A stretch of 54,576 nt of DNA, taken from positions 1 to 54,576 of the forward strand of contig CAZKRD010000005.1 of NCBI GenBank assembly GCA_964555185.1, written 5' to 3'. The notes beneath the pieces are model-generated. The model saw only the letters and a program-made list of their open reading frames with translations, was not told the DNA's origin and made no database searches. The position numbers and the translations under genes were made by a program. Positions 34,606 to 43,829 of this stretch are shown in pieces (position 1 is the first letter of the stretch; each line of letters opens with the position of its first letter). This stretch comes from an uncultured Candidatus Saccharibacteria bacterium (GTDB lineage Bacteria; Patescibacteriota; JAQUNI01).

Positions 34606-36279
34606 ATGAATGGGCACAGAGTCCTAAAGTTTTTAGTATTAGTTTTCTTTTTGTTGTTTTTGCCTTCTCTGGTTTTTGCTAAATCCTGGCATTTTGAAAG
34701 CTGGGTTTCTGACATTACGATTAATCCTGACTCTACTTTTTTAGTCCGGGAAACCCAGACGGTAAATTTTGAAGGTTCTTTCAGCTGGCTCAAGAGAGAT
34801 ATTGCCTTGAAAAGGATCAAAAAAATTTCAGGGATCAAGGTTTATGACGAATCTGGCAACGAGCTTAAGTCTCCCGCGATAGAGACCAAGCGCGAGATAG
34901 GCCAGGCCAGCATCAAGGTTAATTTTAAGGCCCAGGATGAACAGAAGACCTGGACCTTTGAATATCTTGTCCACGGCGGGATTGGTTTTTTTGACGATTA
35001 TGACGAGCTTTATTGGAATGCTGTCTCTTCCGAGCGCGATGTCCCTATTTCTAGAGTAGAGGTTTTAGTCCACCTGCCGACAGAGACCCGCGAGGAAGAA
35101 TTAAAACAGAGAATGTTTATTGGGAGCACGGGTTCGCAAGACGAAGCCGATACATTTGAAGTCGTAGACGGCAAGACTCTGCGCTACTGGGGAGAGAGTA
35201 TTGATCCCTATCAAGAATTTACGATCGTCGCCGGATGGCCCAAAGGGATTGTTAAGAAAGACTGGTGGCTGGTTATTTCTCCTTTCTTGTGGTTTTTGAT
35301 TCCGTTTTTCGCGCTGATTTTTCTCCTTTGGAAATGGGCAAGACAAGGCAGGGATCCGAAAGCAAAAGGGACGATTATTGCCCAATACGAGCCGCCGGAA
35401 AAAATGGCTCCCGCCGAAATGGGGGGCTTGGTCTACGAAAAATCGCGGGTCCAGGATATTTCTGCCACTCTCATTGATTTAGCTTACCGAGGATATTTGC
35501 AGATTATTGAAGAGGAGAAAAAGGGAATTTTGAGTAAATCGAAAACTTACAGGTTTGTTCGCAAAAAAGAGTTTAGACAGGACACTGATTTAAAAGAGCA
35601 CGAACGTCTTGTTTTGGACGGGGTTTTTGGTTATAGCAAAGAGGCCTCTTTAGATGCTCTAAAGAACAAATTTTATCGCAAGATCCCGGGAATCAAGAAG
35701 CAGGTTTTTTTAGAAGTTACTAAAGACGGCTACTTTGTTCAGAATCCAGAAAGGGTTGTGAAGAAGTATGTGACTGTAGGTATTCTGATTCTTGCTTTTG
35801 GCGGCGGGGCTTCCTTCTTTTTTTCAGGACAAATCACGGCTGGGATTGCGGTTGGTTTAGCCGGGCTTTTGACGATCATTTTCGGCCGCGCGATGCCGGC
35901 CAAAACCAAAAAAGGCGCAGATGCCCGCTGGCATTCCTTGGGTTTTAAAGAATACCTCTATGTGGCCGAGCGGTTTCGCTTGAAAGCGAACATAGATCCC
36001 AAGACCTTTGAAAAATATCTCTCCTATGCTATGGTGTTTGGCGTGGAAAAGCAGTGGGCGAACCGGTTTGTGGATATCTATAAAGAGCCGCCCGACTGGT
36101 ATGTGCCAAGCCAAGCTTGGGGCGTTTTTACCTTGACTAATTTCACAACCAATCTGGGAACAATGTCTACTAGTTTTTCTTCGGTGGCCTCTTCTTCTCC
36201 TTCATCTTCTTCTGGCTTTTCCGGCGGCGGCGGCTTTTCCGGCGGCGGCGGCGGCGGAGGAGGGAGCTCTGCTGGATAG
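34606..36279 (+). CDS. DUF2207-family membrane protein
   Basis: Signal peptide. N-terminal beta domain (WHFESWVSDITINPDSTFLVRETQTVNFEG). Central TMs. Characteristic Gly-rich tail SSSGFSGGGGFSGGGGGGGGSSAG. Confidence 0.8.
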   Translation: MNGHRVLKFLVLVFFLLFLPSLVFAKSWHFESWVSDITINPDSTFLVRETQTVNFEGSFSWLKRDIALKRIKKISGIKVYDESGNELKSPAIETKREIGQASIKVNFKAQDEQKTWTFEYLVHGGIGFFDDYDELYWNAVSSERDVPISRVEVLVHLPTETREEELKQRMFIGSTGSQDEADTFEVVDGKTLRYWGESIDPYQEFTIVAGWPKGIVKKDWWLVISPFLWFLIPFFALIFLLWKWARQGRDPKAKGTIIAQYEPPEKMAPAEMGGLVYEKSRVQDISATLIDLAYRGYLQIIEEEKKGILSKSKTYRFVRKKEFRQDTDLKEHERLVLDGVFGYSKEASLDALKNKFYRKIPGIKKQVFLEVTKDGYFVQNPERVVKKYVTVGILILAFGGGASFFFSGQITAGIAVGLAGLLTIIFGRAMPAKTKKGADARWHSLGFKEYLYVAERFRLKANIDPKTFEKYLSYAMVFGVEKQWANRFVDIYKEPPDWYVPSQAWGVFTLTNFTTNLGTMSTSFSSVASSSPSSSSGFSGGGGFSGGGGGGGGSSAG

Positions 36280-36285
36280 CGGGAG

Positions 36286-36343
36286 AATTTTCAATTTCCA
36301 ATGCCCAATTTCCAAATAATTTTCAATGACCAAATTTTCAAAC
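36286..36343 (+). repeat. AT-rich AATTTCCAAT repeat, left arm
   Basis: AATTTCCAATGCCCAATTTCCAAAT (36293-36317). The block also contains the ATG (36326) of the next gene. Confidence 0.7.
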
Positions 36344-36697
36344 AAGAACGGCTATGATTTGGAAGAAAGAACAGCTCGGTTTGCTGAAGAGATCATTGGC
36401 TTAGCCCGAAAAGTTCCCAAGGACACGATCAACAGTCCCATATTAAGTCAATTAATAAAGTCAGCAACCTCGATTGGTGTCAATTATTGCGAAGCCAACG
36501 ATGCGAGTTCGAAGAGAGATTTTAGGAACAAGATTTACATTTGCAAGAAAGAAGCAAATGAAACTAAATATTGGTTAAGATTATCAGCTAAGATAGCTCC
36601 TTCTTTTAAGAAGGAAGCGAGGAAATTATGGAAAGAAACTCAAGAATTAAATTTGATATTCCAAAAAATAGTTAGTTCCCTTGATAGAAAAAAGTAG
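36326..36697 (+). CDS. Four-helix-bundle protein (23S rRNA intervening-sequence protein / Avd-like family)
   Basis: Size 123 aa. LSQLIKSATSIGVNYCEANDASSKRDFRNKIYICKKEANETKYWLRL matches the family pattern Ql.rAa.Si..N..Eg.....kdf...l.ia.gs..E....l. Confidence 0.85.
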   Translation: MTKFSNKNGYDLEERTARFAEEIIGLARKVPKDTINSPILSQLIKSATSIGVNYCEANDASSKRDFRNKIYICKKEANETKYWLRLSAKIAPSFKKEARKLWKETQELNLIFQKIVSSLDRKK

Positions 36698-36703
36698 TTT
36701 CTA

Positions 36704-36747
36704 GAATTGGAAATTGGAAATTCAATGGACATTGGACATTGGAAATT
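36704..36747 (-). repeat. AT-rich AATTTCCAAT repeat, right arm (inverted)
   Basis: The minus strand reads AATTTCCAATGTCCAATGTCCATTGAATTTCCAATTTCCAATTC. Its first 21 nt match 36293-36313 at 19/21 positions. Confidence 0.7.
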
Positions 36748-36832
36748 ATTATCCGCAATGATATAATAATGATATCTTAAACATTAACTCTATTTTGACC
36801 GAATCCCAAAAAAACGTCAAAATTAAAAAACC

Positions 36833-37387
36833 ATGGTCGTTTTATGGATTATCTTAGGCCTGGTGGGCGCTTTTATTCTTTTTGTGATTGTCGCCTACAA
36901 CGGCCTAATTCGTCTTAAAAACAGAACCAAAGAGGCTTGGTCTGACATTGAGGTGCAGCTCAAGCGGCGCTATAACCTGATTCCCAACCTGGTCAATACG
37001 GTAAAAGGGTATGCTGCCCATGAAAAAGAGGTTTTCCAGAAGGTAACCGAAGCGAGGGCGCGGGCAGTGGGAGCGAAAGGACCAGAAGAGGCAGGAAAAG
37101 CGGAAAGAGGTCTGGCTGGCGCCTTGAAGACCCTGTTTGCGGTCGCGGAGAATTACCCGGACTTAAAGGCCAATCAGAATTTTATTAAGCTGCAGGAAGA
37201 TTTGACAGACACGGAAAACAAGGTTGAGGCCTCGCGCCGGTTCTATAACGGCAATGTGCGGGATTTCAACACCAAACAAGAGGTCTTTCCTTATAACATC
37301 ATTGCCAAGCTGTTCGGTTTCAACAAACAGGAATTCTTCAAAACGGAAACAGAAGAAGAAAGGAAAGCGCCAGAGGTTAAGTTTTAA
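36833..37387 (+). CDS. LemA-family protein
   Basis: N-terminal TM, then YNGLIRLKNRTKEAWSDIEVQLKRRYNLIPNLVNTVKGYAAHEKEVF and RRFYNGNVRDFN. Confidence 0.9.
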   Translation: MVVLWIILGLVGAFILFVIVAYNGLIRLKNRTKEAWSDIEVQLKRRYNLIPNLVNTVKGYAAHEKEVFQKVTEARARAVGAKGPEEAGKAERGLAGALKTLFAVAENYPDLKANQNFIKLQEDLTDTENKVEASRRFYNGNVRDFNTKQEVFPYNIIAKLFGFNKQEFFKTETEEERKAPEVKF

Positions 37388-37417
37388 TAGACGAAAGATT
37401 ATTAAAGATAAAAAGAC

Positions 37418-37460
37418 GACCCCCGGATATTATTTTTGCCGAGGGTCGCTTTTGTTTTTC
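37418..37460. terminator. Bidirectional terminator
   Basis: GACCCCCGG (37418-37426) and CCGAGGGTC (37439-37447) form a stem with one mismatch, followed by T-rich sequence, between convergent genes. Confidence 0.6.
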
Positions 37461-37506
37461 TTTTCTTTTGTTTTTTTACTCCAAAGCTTTGGTGGGTAAT
37501 ATTTTA

Positions 37507-38697
37507 TTATTCAGAATAATATCTGCCAAAAGCGGTAACAGTGGAGCCCGTGTCGGTATGAGAAACGACAATGATCATTCCGGTTGAGGCCGCTGCTGCC
37601 GCTGTGATTTCGCCTTCAACTTGCTTTTTCCAGATCAAGCCCCCGCCGCGGTCAATACAATAGAAGTAGCCGTTCTTGGCGCCAAAGCAGATTTTCTTTT
37701 CCGCGACGATCGGCGAGCCTTCTGCTCGGCTTCCCGCGCGGTAGCGCCAGTAAACATGGCCTGTGTTTTTCTCAAGTGAGAGCAGTTGTCCGTCCCAGTT
37801 GGTAACATAGACGCGGTCATAGGCAATTGCCGGCGTGCTGGTCATTTCATGGTTGGTGTTTTTGCTCCAGAATTCGTCGCCAGAAGCGTATTCAAAGGCA
37901 TAGACCTTACTGTCCGCACCGCCGATATAGACGAGATTGGCAAAGACAGACGGGGAAGCGGTGAATTTGTTGCCTGATTCCGCTTCTACTTCCCAGATGC
38001 TTTCGCCGTTTGCTGCCGAGAGACAATGCAGTGCGTAAGTGCCGTTATTGGGCGAATCTACGCCAACATAAATTTTATCTTTATAGGCGGCTGGCGAGGA
38101 GTAGATTTTTTCTCCCAAGCTTTGTTTCCAGGCAAGGGCGCCGGTCGTTTCGTTTAAAGCATAGAGAAAGCCGTCTTCCGAGCCGATATAGACCTTATTA
38201 TCATAGACAACCGGAGAAGAGGAGCTGATCGCGCCGCCGGTTAGATAACGCCAAGCCTGTTCGCCGGTTTCAAGATCAATCGCGTAGACATACTTATCTT
38301 GAGAGCCAATAAAGACCCTGCCGTTATGGACCGCTGGCGAGGATTCCCAAAAGGATTTCTGGCCCGTGAAGGTCCAGAGTTCTGCGCCGGTTTTAAGGTC
38401 AAGGGCATGGACTTTGCCGTCTAGAGCCCCAAAGAAAACTTTATCGTTAGAAACAGCCGGTGAACCGAGGATCACTCCCTTTTGACTGCCGATTTGAGGG
38501 AGTGTGTGGGTCCAGGCGACCCTTGATTCTCCCGGGGAATGGACTTCTGAAAATCCGGTCCGGCCGGGATCGCGAAGCAGGGTTGGCCAGGTGCTTCCTG
38601 ATATGCCGAATAAGTCAGGCTTGACTGTAACCAAACAGAAGATTAGAAGCCCTCCTGCTCCTAGACACATAATTAGCGTAAGAATTTTTTTAGCCAT
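37507..38697 (-). CDS. PQQ-like (BamB-type) beta-propeller repeat protein, secreted
   Basis: Signal/TM at the N-terminus. Repeated blades such as VHALDLKTGAELW, VYAIDLETGEQAW, LYALNETTGALAW and ALHCLSAANGESIW. Confidence 0.8.
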   Translation of the reverse strand: MAKKILTLIMCLGAGGLLIFCLVTVKPDLFGISGSTWPTLLRDPGRTGFSEVHSPGESRVAWTHTLPQIGSQKGVILGSPAVSNDKVFFGALDGKVHALDLKTGAELWTFTGQKSFWESSPAVHNGRVFIGSQDKYVYAIDLETGEQAWRYLTGGAISSSSPVVYDNKVYIGSEDGFLYALNETTGALAWKQSLGEKIYSSPAAYKDKIYVGVDSPNNGTYALHCLSAANGESIWEVEAESGNKFTASPSVFANLVYIGGADSKVYAFEYASGDEFWSKNTNHEMTSTPAIAYDRVYVTNWDGQLLSLEKNTGHVYWRYRAGSRAEGSPIVAEKKICFGAKNGYFYCIDRGGGLIWKKQVEGEITAAAAASTGMIIVVSHTDTGSTVTAFGRYYSE

Positions 38698-38822
38698 ATT
38701 TTTGTTTTTTATTTAATTATCAACAGTAGATGTATTATAACATACTTTTAAATATGGGGGCAAATTTTTTGGTATTGTTTAATGGTTTTGATATGGTACA
38801 ATGGTGATATAGAAACAAATTT

Positions 38823-39047
38823 ATGATTTTTGGATTAATCTTGGCGGCAATAGGGATCATTTTCTTATTGCAAAATCTCAACGTTATCACCGGTCGCGCC
38901 TGGGAGATTATTTGGCCGATTATTGTGATCTTGATCGGTGTGGGCTTCTTTGTGCGCCACCTGCAAGGAAAGGGACCCAGAAGAGAGGACAGAAGGAGAA
39001 TGTTTAGGGAGAAAGTGAAAAAATCAATGGAAAGTCCGGAGGAGTAG
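38823..39047 (+). CDS. Small membrane protein, LiaF-N/DUF5668-like
   Basis: IFGLILAAIGIIFLLQNLNVI....WPIIVILIGVGFF followed by a basic tail. Preferred over the overlapping minus-strand ORF 38735-39061. Confidence 0.5.
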   Translation: MIFGLILAAIGIIFLLQNLNVITGRAWEIIWPIIVILIGVGFFVRHLQGKGPRREDRRRMFREKVKKSMESPEE

Positions 39048-39111
39048 ACCCTTGCGTCCAATTGTTATCCTGATTAATAGGGTTCTGTAATTATTTTATA
39101 TTTCTTATTTT

Positions 39112-39789
39112 TTATTTTTCATTGAGCAGACGGCGCATTTTTTGGGCGTTGCGGAAATAATTGGAATCTGCGAATACACTGGAACTGCCGCCGACAAAGA
39201 TATCAGCTCCCGCGTTTTTTAAGAGGGGAATATTGTGTTTTCCGATATTGCCGTCTACTTGGATTTCTATTTTAAGATTTTTATCGTGAAGGATTTGTGA
39301 GAGTTTCTTCACCTTGTCCGAGACAGCCGGGATCCATTTTTGACCGGCAAAGCCCGGATTAACCGTCATCAGTAAAACAAAATCCAAGCCCTGGAGTAAA
39401 TAAGCAATCGAATTCAGGGGAGTGGCTGGGTTTAAAGCGATACCGGCGCGGGAATTACGAGCCTTGATCTGTTGGATCACCCTCCCGGGATGATCTGTGG
39501 TCTCAATGTGAAAGGAGATCAGATCATCCTTTTTTGTTTGCCAGAGATCAATATGCTTTTCGGGATTTTCAACCATCAGGTGAATATCCAGAGGCAGTTT
39601 GGTTAGTTCTTTTACCTTTTTGACCAGATCAGGACCAAAAGTCAGGTTGGGAACAAAATGACCGTCCATAATGTCAATGTGAAAAAAATCAATACCCGCT
39701 CTTTCTAGTTTTTTGATCTCGCGCTCTAGATTGCCAAGATCAGCGCACATCAGAGAGGCGGAGATTAAGTTTTTGGGCTTGGAAGACAT
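39112..39789 (-). CDS. rpe: Ribulose-phosphate 3-epimerase
   Basis: ISASLMCADLGNLEREI...DFFHIDIMDGHFVPNLTFGP...LDIHLMVENP. Start set at Met21 (39789) because the first 20 listed codons translate the AATTTCCAAT repeat. Confidence 0.9.
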   Translation of the reverse strand: MSSKPKNLISASLMCADLGNLEREIKKLERAGIDFFHIDIMDGHFVPNLTFGPDLVKKVKELTKLPLDIHLMVENPEKHIDLWQTKKDDLISFHIETTDHPGRVIQQIKARNSRAGIALNPATPLNSIAYLLQGLDFVLLMTVNPGFAGQKWIPAVSDKVKKLSQILHDKNLKIEIQVDGNIGKHNIPLLKNAGADIFVGGSSSVFADSNYFRNAQKMRRLLNEK

Positions 39790-39800
39790 AGAGGGTTTTT

Positions 39801-39850
39801 TAATTTCCAATGACCAATTTCCAATTTCCATCGAATTCTCAATTTCCAAA
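39801..39850 (+). repeat. AT-rich AATTTCCAAT repeat, solo copy
   Basis: AATTTCCAATGACCAATTTCCAAT matches 36293-36316 at 23/24 positions. Confidence 0.7.
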
Positions 39851-39870
39851 CATTTATTGTTTAAAAATTA

Positions 39871-39928
39871 AACCTTCGTCCCGAGGGCGTTCGACTGAGC
39901 TCAGCCGAAGTCCTCAGGTCGAGGGAAA
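39871..39928 (-). repeat. GC-rich repeat family D, long copy
   Basis: The minus strand reads TTTCCCTCGACCTGAGGACTTCGGCTGAGCTCAGTCGAACGCCCTCGGGACGAAGGTT. It lies just 3' of the minus-strand GT4 gene. Confidence 0.65.
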
Positions 39929-39949
39929 TTCATTCATTAAGAATTGAAT

Positions 39950-39976
39950 AAAAATTAAAAATTAAAAATTAAAATT
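39950..39976. repeat. Heptamer tandem repeat
   Basis: (AAAAATT)x3 plus AAAATT, abutting the GT4 stop codon. Confidence 0.8.
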
Positions 39977-41183
39977 AGTGCTCTCTTGGGGCATAACCTT
40001 TATTATCCAACACGGCTTTAATCAGTTCTTCCCATTCGTGGGCAAGGGTTTGCCAAGAAAAACCGGCAAGCGCCCGTTTGCGGCCCCGCTGTCCCATTTT
40101 TTTAATTTTTTTTGGGTTTTGGAGCATTTTAACAGCCCAAGGAGCGAGATTTTCTTGCTTTTTAAAAACAATGCCGGTCTTTTTATGCTGGATCGTTTCG
40201 CAAAGCGCGGAAGCGCCGCCGCCTAAGACAGCCGTGCCCGCCGCTTGCGCCTCTAAAGCGCCGATACAGGAGGATTCTTGATTGCCTACTTTGGGATTGA
40301 CAACAACAAGAGAGGCGGAGATCATCTCATAAGCTAAACGTTCTGGCGCTAAGCCTCCTCGCAGATAAACCCCCGGCCGCATTCCTCCTTCCTTATTATA
40401 GATATAGGTTTTGATCCTCTCAAAAAAGTCATCGCCGTCAAAATAACCGGTTGTTTTATCCCCTCCCTCTTTTTTGTACTGTTTGATTGAACCGCACATA
40501 TAGAGTTCGGCGTGCGGCAGTCTTTTTTTGATTTCCGGGAAGGCGGCTAGAATCTTATCCGGGTTCTTCTGCTGATTAAACACGCCGACATAAAGGATTT
40601 TAAAGGATTTTTTCGCGATTTGGCCGTATTTTTCAAACAGTTTAAGATTGACGCCGTTATAGATAAAGCTGAATTTGCTTTTCAGATCACTCTGTAATTT
40701 CTTGCTGAAAAAATGTTTTATTTTCGGCTTTGGGGGCAGCCGTTTGATTGTATTATCTAAAACCGCGTCGCGGGCGTATTTGGTCATACAGACCACTTGA
40801 TCAATTTTGTTTTCCAAAAGATGTTTAATTGTATTCGGTTTTAGACTCACACCATTGGCCCACAAGATGGTTTTTTTAACTTTGGGTTGCAAAGCATCCA
40901 AGGGATTAGAGAGGCCGCCGACCAGAATTAAAAGATCGGCTGGACCGACCTCGCGGAAGGCGTTTTTGAGGTTTGAGCTTTTTGGTTTTTTAATCGGGAC
41001 CCAGTGAATCTTGTCTATTTTCGCCTGTTTTGGCGTTTGACAGATAAAATAGACATTATGTTTTTTCGCCAACTCTTTGGCTAAATAACCGGCAGCGAAT
41101 TCAGTGCCGCCAACAGGGTCAGACTTAAAAGTTTCGGTATTGAATTGTTTGGGATAGTCACCGCGGTAGAAGATGATTTTCAT
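39975..41183 (-). CDS. GT4-family glycosyltransferase
   Basis: GGTEFAAGYLAKELAKKHNV at the N-terminus. C-terminal ESSCIGALEAQAAGTAVLGGGASALCETIQHKKTG. Confidence 0.8.
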   Translation of the reverse strand: MKIIFYRGDYPKQFNTETFKSDPVGGTEFAAGYLAKELAKKHNVYFICQTPKQAKIDKIHWVPIKKPKSSNLKNAFREVGPADLLILVGGLSNPLDALQPKVKKTILWANGVSLKPNTIKHLLENKIDQVVCMTKYARDAVLDNTIKRLPPKPKIKHFFSKKLQSDLKSKFSFIYNGVNLKLFEKYGQIAKKSFKILYVGVFNQQKNPDKILAAFPEIKKRLPHAELYMCGSIKQYKKEGGDKTTGYFDGDDFFERIKTYIYNKEGGMRPGVYLRGGLAPERLAYEMISASLVVVNPKVGNQESSCIGALEAQAAGTAVLGGGASALCETIQHKKTGIVFKKQENLAPWAVKMLQNPKKIKKMGQRGRKRALAGFSWQTLAHEWEELIKAVLDNKGYAPREH

Positions 41184-41286
41184 TTTTTCAGGATGTTACA
41201 AAATTGAGCGATCGTCCAGTTTTGTAACAACTAAATTTCCACTTTTATTTGTTCCAGATCTAATCTATGATACAATAATATAAAGT

Positions 41287-43431
41287 ATGGCGCAAGCAAA
41301 AACAAAAAACAAAAACAAAGCCCAGGCTGGTTTTTGGGCCAGAAAGCACAAATACATCCTCAAGCTTGTTTTAGCCACGATTATTTTTATTGTCCTCGTG
41401 GTCTGCGTCCGGGTTTTTTTGTTGAACAGAACTGTTTTTAAAGACAAGACCCCGGAGGATGTTTTCGAGGCGCCTCTGCAGAGCGAGGTTCCAGAGGAGC
41501 AAGTGCGGGTAACCAAGAATCGCAATGCGGCGAGGGAGGAGTTTTCTCGTTTTTCTAATTTCCAAGATCCGAGAGAAATCCTTTTTGATAATGATACACT
41601 TTGGGTCGCGACCGGCAATGGCCTGGTTAAGTACAATAAAAGCAGGAAAGAGATCATTAAAATTTACACAGAAGCAGACGGCCTGCCGGATAACATCCTG
41701 ACCAGCTTGGCCAAGTATAAGGATAAGATTTTTTTGGGCACCCAAGGCGGTTTGAGTATTTTTGATCCAGCCGAGGAAACCTTTGTTAATTATTTGAATA
41801 AAGAGGAATGGCGATATAACAATAATCTTAACGATTTCATTATCCGTGACGATAACCTCTGGATCAGTACTTTTGGCGGTTTCCGCCGGTATGATATTGA
41901 GCAGAATAAGTGGTATAATTTTTCCCGCTCGGATGTGGAATTGACTCTTTATCAAGATTCTCTATTTTTCATTGAGTCTGGAATGCCGGAAAACAGCAGG
42001 ATTTTCAAGGTCCCCTTGGAGGCCAAGGGCCCCGGGGATGTCTCAATCGCTTTTCAAGATCCAGAATGCAGCTTTGCGGATTTGGATGCCAGCGAGAACT
42101 TGGTTCTCGCCTGTTGTAATTTGAGAGAGGTGGGAGGGAGCAAGGTTTACCGTTTCAAGTCAGAAGAAGAAGGGTGGACGGAGATCCCGAAATTGGTTTT
42201 GGGCCAGGGCGAGTACTATGGTTTTGGCAGTATGCATTTGGCCGGAGACGAAGTTTTTTTGACTGAAATTCAAGCCGACGGTTCTGCCTATTTTGTCAGT
42301 TATCATTTGCAAACAGAGGATAAGATCTATCTTGACCTGCCAGATGAGATTAGAGACCAAGGGGCGCGGCCGATTGCTTTTTTCGAAGGCTTGATCTGGT
42401 TTGGCAGTGACCGCAACCTAGAAGTTTATGATCCTGCTTCCGGGGATTTTGGGAGCCTGCGAGAAGGCCGAGATTTTCCTCTTTCAATCCACGGCATTTT
42501 GGCTCAAGATCAGGATTTGGTTTTGGCGAACACAGATTTGGGCGTGGGTTTGATTGATTTTAAGAGAGGGGAATGGCAGGTGATTGACGAGGGAGTCAAG
42601 GATCGGGCTTCCGGGGTTTTTAAGGGAGACGATATCTGGTTTGTGAGCTATAATTCGGGCATGGGCAGTTTTGATATTGATCTTATCCATTATAATCTGA
42701 AGCAAGAAACCAAAGAGACTTGGCCCATAGAAGATGATTCAGAACTTGCCGGTCAATTGATTTTGGCGGAAGACCGCAAATTATGGGTTGGTTCGACCGA
42801 GATTCTGCTCTATGACGTTGATCTTAAAAGGTTTGAAGTTTTTGATGATTTTCCAGTAGAGGTTGAGTATCTTTTATTTACTAAACCTCGCCTTTCCGAC
42901 TCTAAAATTTGGTTTGGTTTTGTGAAACCCTATGGCGAGCAGGGGGGCCTGGGCAGTTTTGATCTAAGGGAGAAGGAATATTCTTTTGTTAACCTGCCCC
43001 AGAACTATGACATTGCTCCTCACGGCGGAGTTTTGACTCTGCCAGCCGGCGAAATCTATTTTACCCCTTCGGATTATAAAGAGGAAGGGATCTATGTTTA
43101 TGACTTGGAGACCAAAGGAGTAAGAACAATCAATACCGATAATTCTCAAATCGAGCAAGACGGGATTACCCTCCTTGCTTATCAGGATAACCTGCTCGCT
43201 TTGAAGGTGAAGGGGAAGATTCCTCTGGCCAAAGTGGGCCGCAGTGTGGATACTTTTCTTGAGCAGAATTACCAAGTTGGTCTGGAAATCTACGACCTCC
43301 CCGCTAATCAGTGGTACTTCTTTGACGCCGAAGAGGGTTTGATTGACAATGAGATTGAGGATGTTTTGATTGGCGATCAGTATATCTATATTTTAGCCGG
43401 CGGCGTAACCGTGATCGATAAAGATTTCTAG
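41287..43431 (+). CDS. Membrane-anchored protein with two-component-regulator-propeller-like (Reg_prop) repeats
   Basis: N-terminal TM. Repeats LWVATGNGLVKYN, ADGLPDNILTSLAKYKDKIFLGTQGGLSIFD and DDNLWISTFGGFRRYD. I saw no kinase or output domain. Confidence 0.65.
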   Translation: MAQAKTKNKNKAQAGFWARKHKYILKLVLATIIFIVLVVCVRVFLLNRTVFKDKTPEDVFEAPLQSEVPEEQVRVTKNRNAAREEFSRFSNFQDPREILFDNDTLWVATGNGLVKYNKSRKEIIKIYTEADGLPDNILTSLAKYKDKIFLGTQGGLSIFDPAEETFVNYLNKEEWRYNNNLNDFIIRDDNLWISTFGGFRRYDIEQNKWYNFSRSDVELTLYQDSLFFIESGMPENSRIFKVPLEAKGPGDVSIAFQDPECSFADLDASENLVLACCNLREVGGSKVYRFKSEEEGWTEIPKLVLGQGEYYGFGSMHLAGDEVFLTEIQADGSAYFVSYHLQTEDKIYLDLPDEIRDQGARPIAFFEGLIWFGSDRNLEVYDPASGDFGSLREGRDFPLSIHGILAQDQDLVLANTDLGVGLIDFKRGEWQVIDEGVKDRASGVFKGDDIWFVSYNSGMGSFDIDLIHYNLKQETKETWPIEDDSELAGQLILAEDRKLWVGSTEILLYDVDLKRFEVFDDFPVEVEYLLFTKPRLSDSKIWFGFVKPYGEQGGLGSFDLREKEYSFVNLPQNYDIAPHGGVLTLPAGEIYFTPSDYKEEGIYVYDLETKGVRTINTDNSQIEQDGITLLAYQDNLLALKVKGKIPLAKVGRSVDTFLEQNYQVGLEIYDLPANQWYFFDAEEGLIDNEIEDVLIGDQYIYILAGGVTVIDKDF

Positions 43432-43452
43432 AATCTAATTTGTATTTTTGAT

Positions 43453-43486
43453 TTTCCCTCGACCTGAGGCTCAGGACCCGAAGGTT
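43453..43486 (+). repeat. GC-rich repeat family D, short copy
   Basis: TTTCCCTCGACCTGAGGCTCAGGACCCGAAGGTT, just 3' of the + strand gene. It shares both ends with the minus-strand reading of 39871-39928. Confidence 0.65.
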
Positions 43487-43511
43487 GAGATTTGATTTTT
43501 GATTTTTTATC

Positions 43512-43829
43512 ATGCTTCCTCTCCTCACCATTTCCCTCTATTTAATTATTGTTCTCCTTCTCGTTTTACTCGTTTATATCCTGCGGGGTATTTTTAAATT
43601 AGCGCGCAATAAAAAACAAGGACCACTGCCTAGCCGCTTCAATCGGGCAGTAAAGTTTTTGGAAAAAGAGGGGAGTGTTACCTGTGGGGAATACGGGGAT
43701 TTTTTAGGAATTTCCTCTGACGCGAGCCGCGATGATTTAGAGCGGCTTGAGGCAATGGGCTTTGTCGAGCAGGTGGGAAAGGAGAATAGTTATTATCGCT
43801 TTATTGGACAAGAAGGGAGTAAAAAATGA
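43512..43829 (+). CDS. Small TM protein with a winged-helix-like C-terminus
   Basis: TM LLTISLYLIIVLLLVLLVYIL, then GSVTCGEYGDFLGISSDASRDDLERLEAMGFVEQ. The stop overlaps the lgt start (ATGA). Confidence 0.5.
   Translation: MLPLLTISLYLIIVLLLVLLVYILRGIFKLARNKKQGPLPSRFNRAVKFLEKEGSVTCGEYGDFLGISSDASRDDLERLEAMGFVEQVGKENSYYRFIGQEGSKK

Noticed and set aside
36326-36697. Possible diversity-generating retroelement, because the four-helix-bundle protein is Avd-like
   Set aside because: No reverse transcriptase ORF and no template/variable repeat pair are visible within the window.
38735-39061. Listed 108-aa minus-strand ORF
   Set aside because: It overlaps the + strand 74-aa ORF entirely. The + strand product has a clean LiaF-N/DUF5668-like two-TM pattern, while the minus-strand product looks like its hydrophobic antisense.
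41371-41955. Listed 194-aa minus-strand ORF
   Set aside because: It lies wholly inside the 714-aa + strand gene, which has recognisable Reg_prop-like repeats. It is an antisense shadow.
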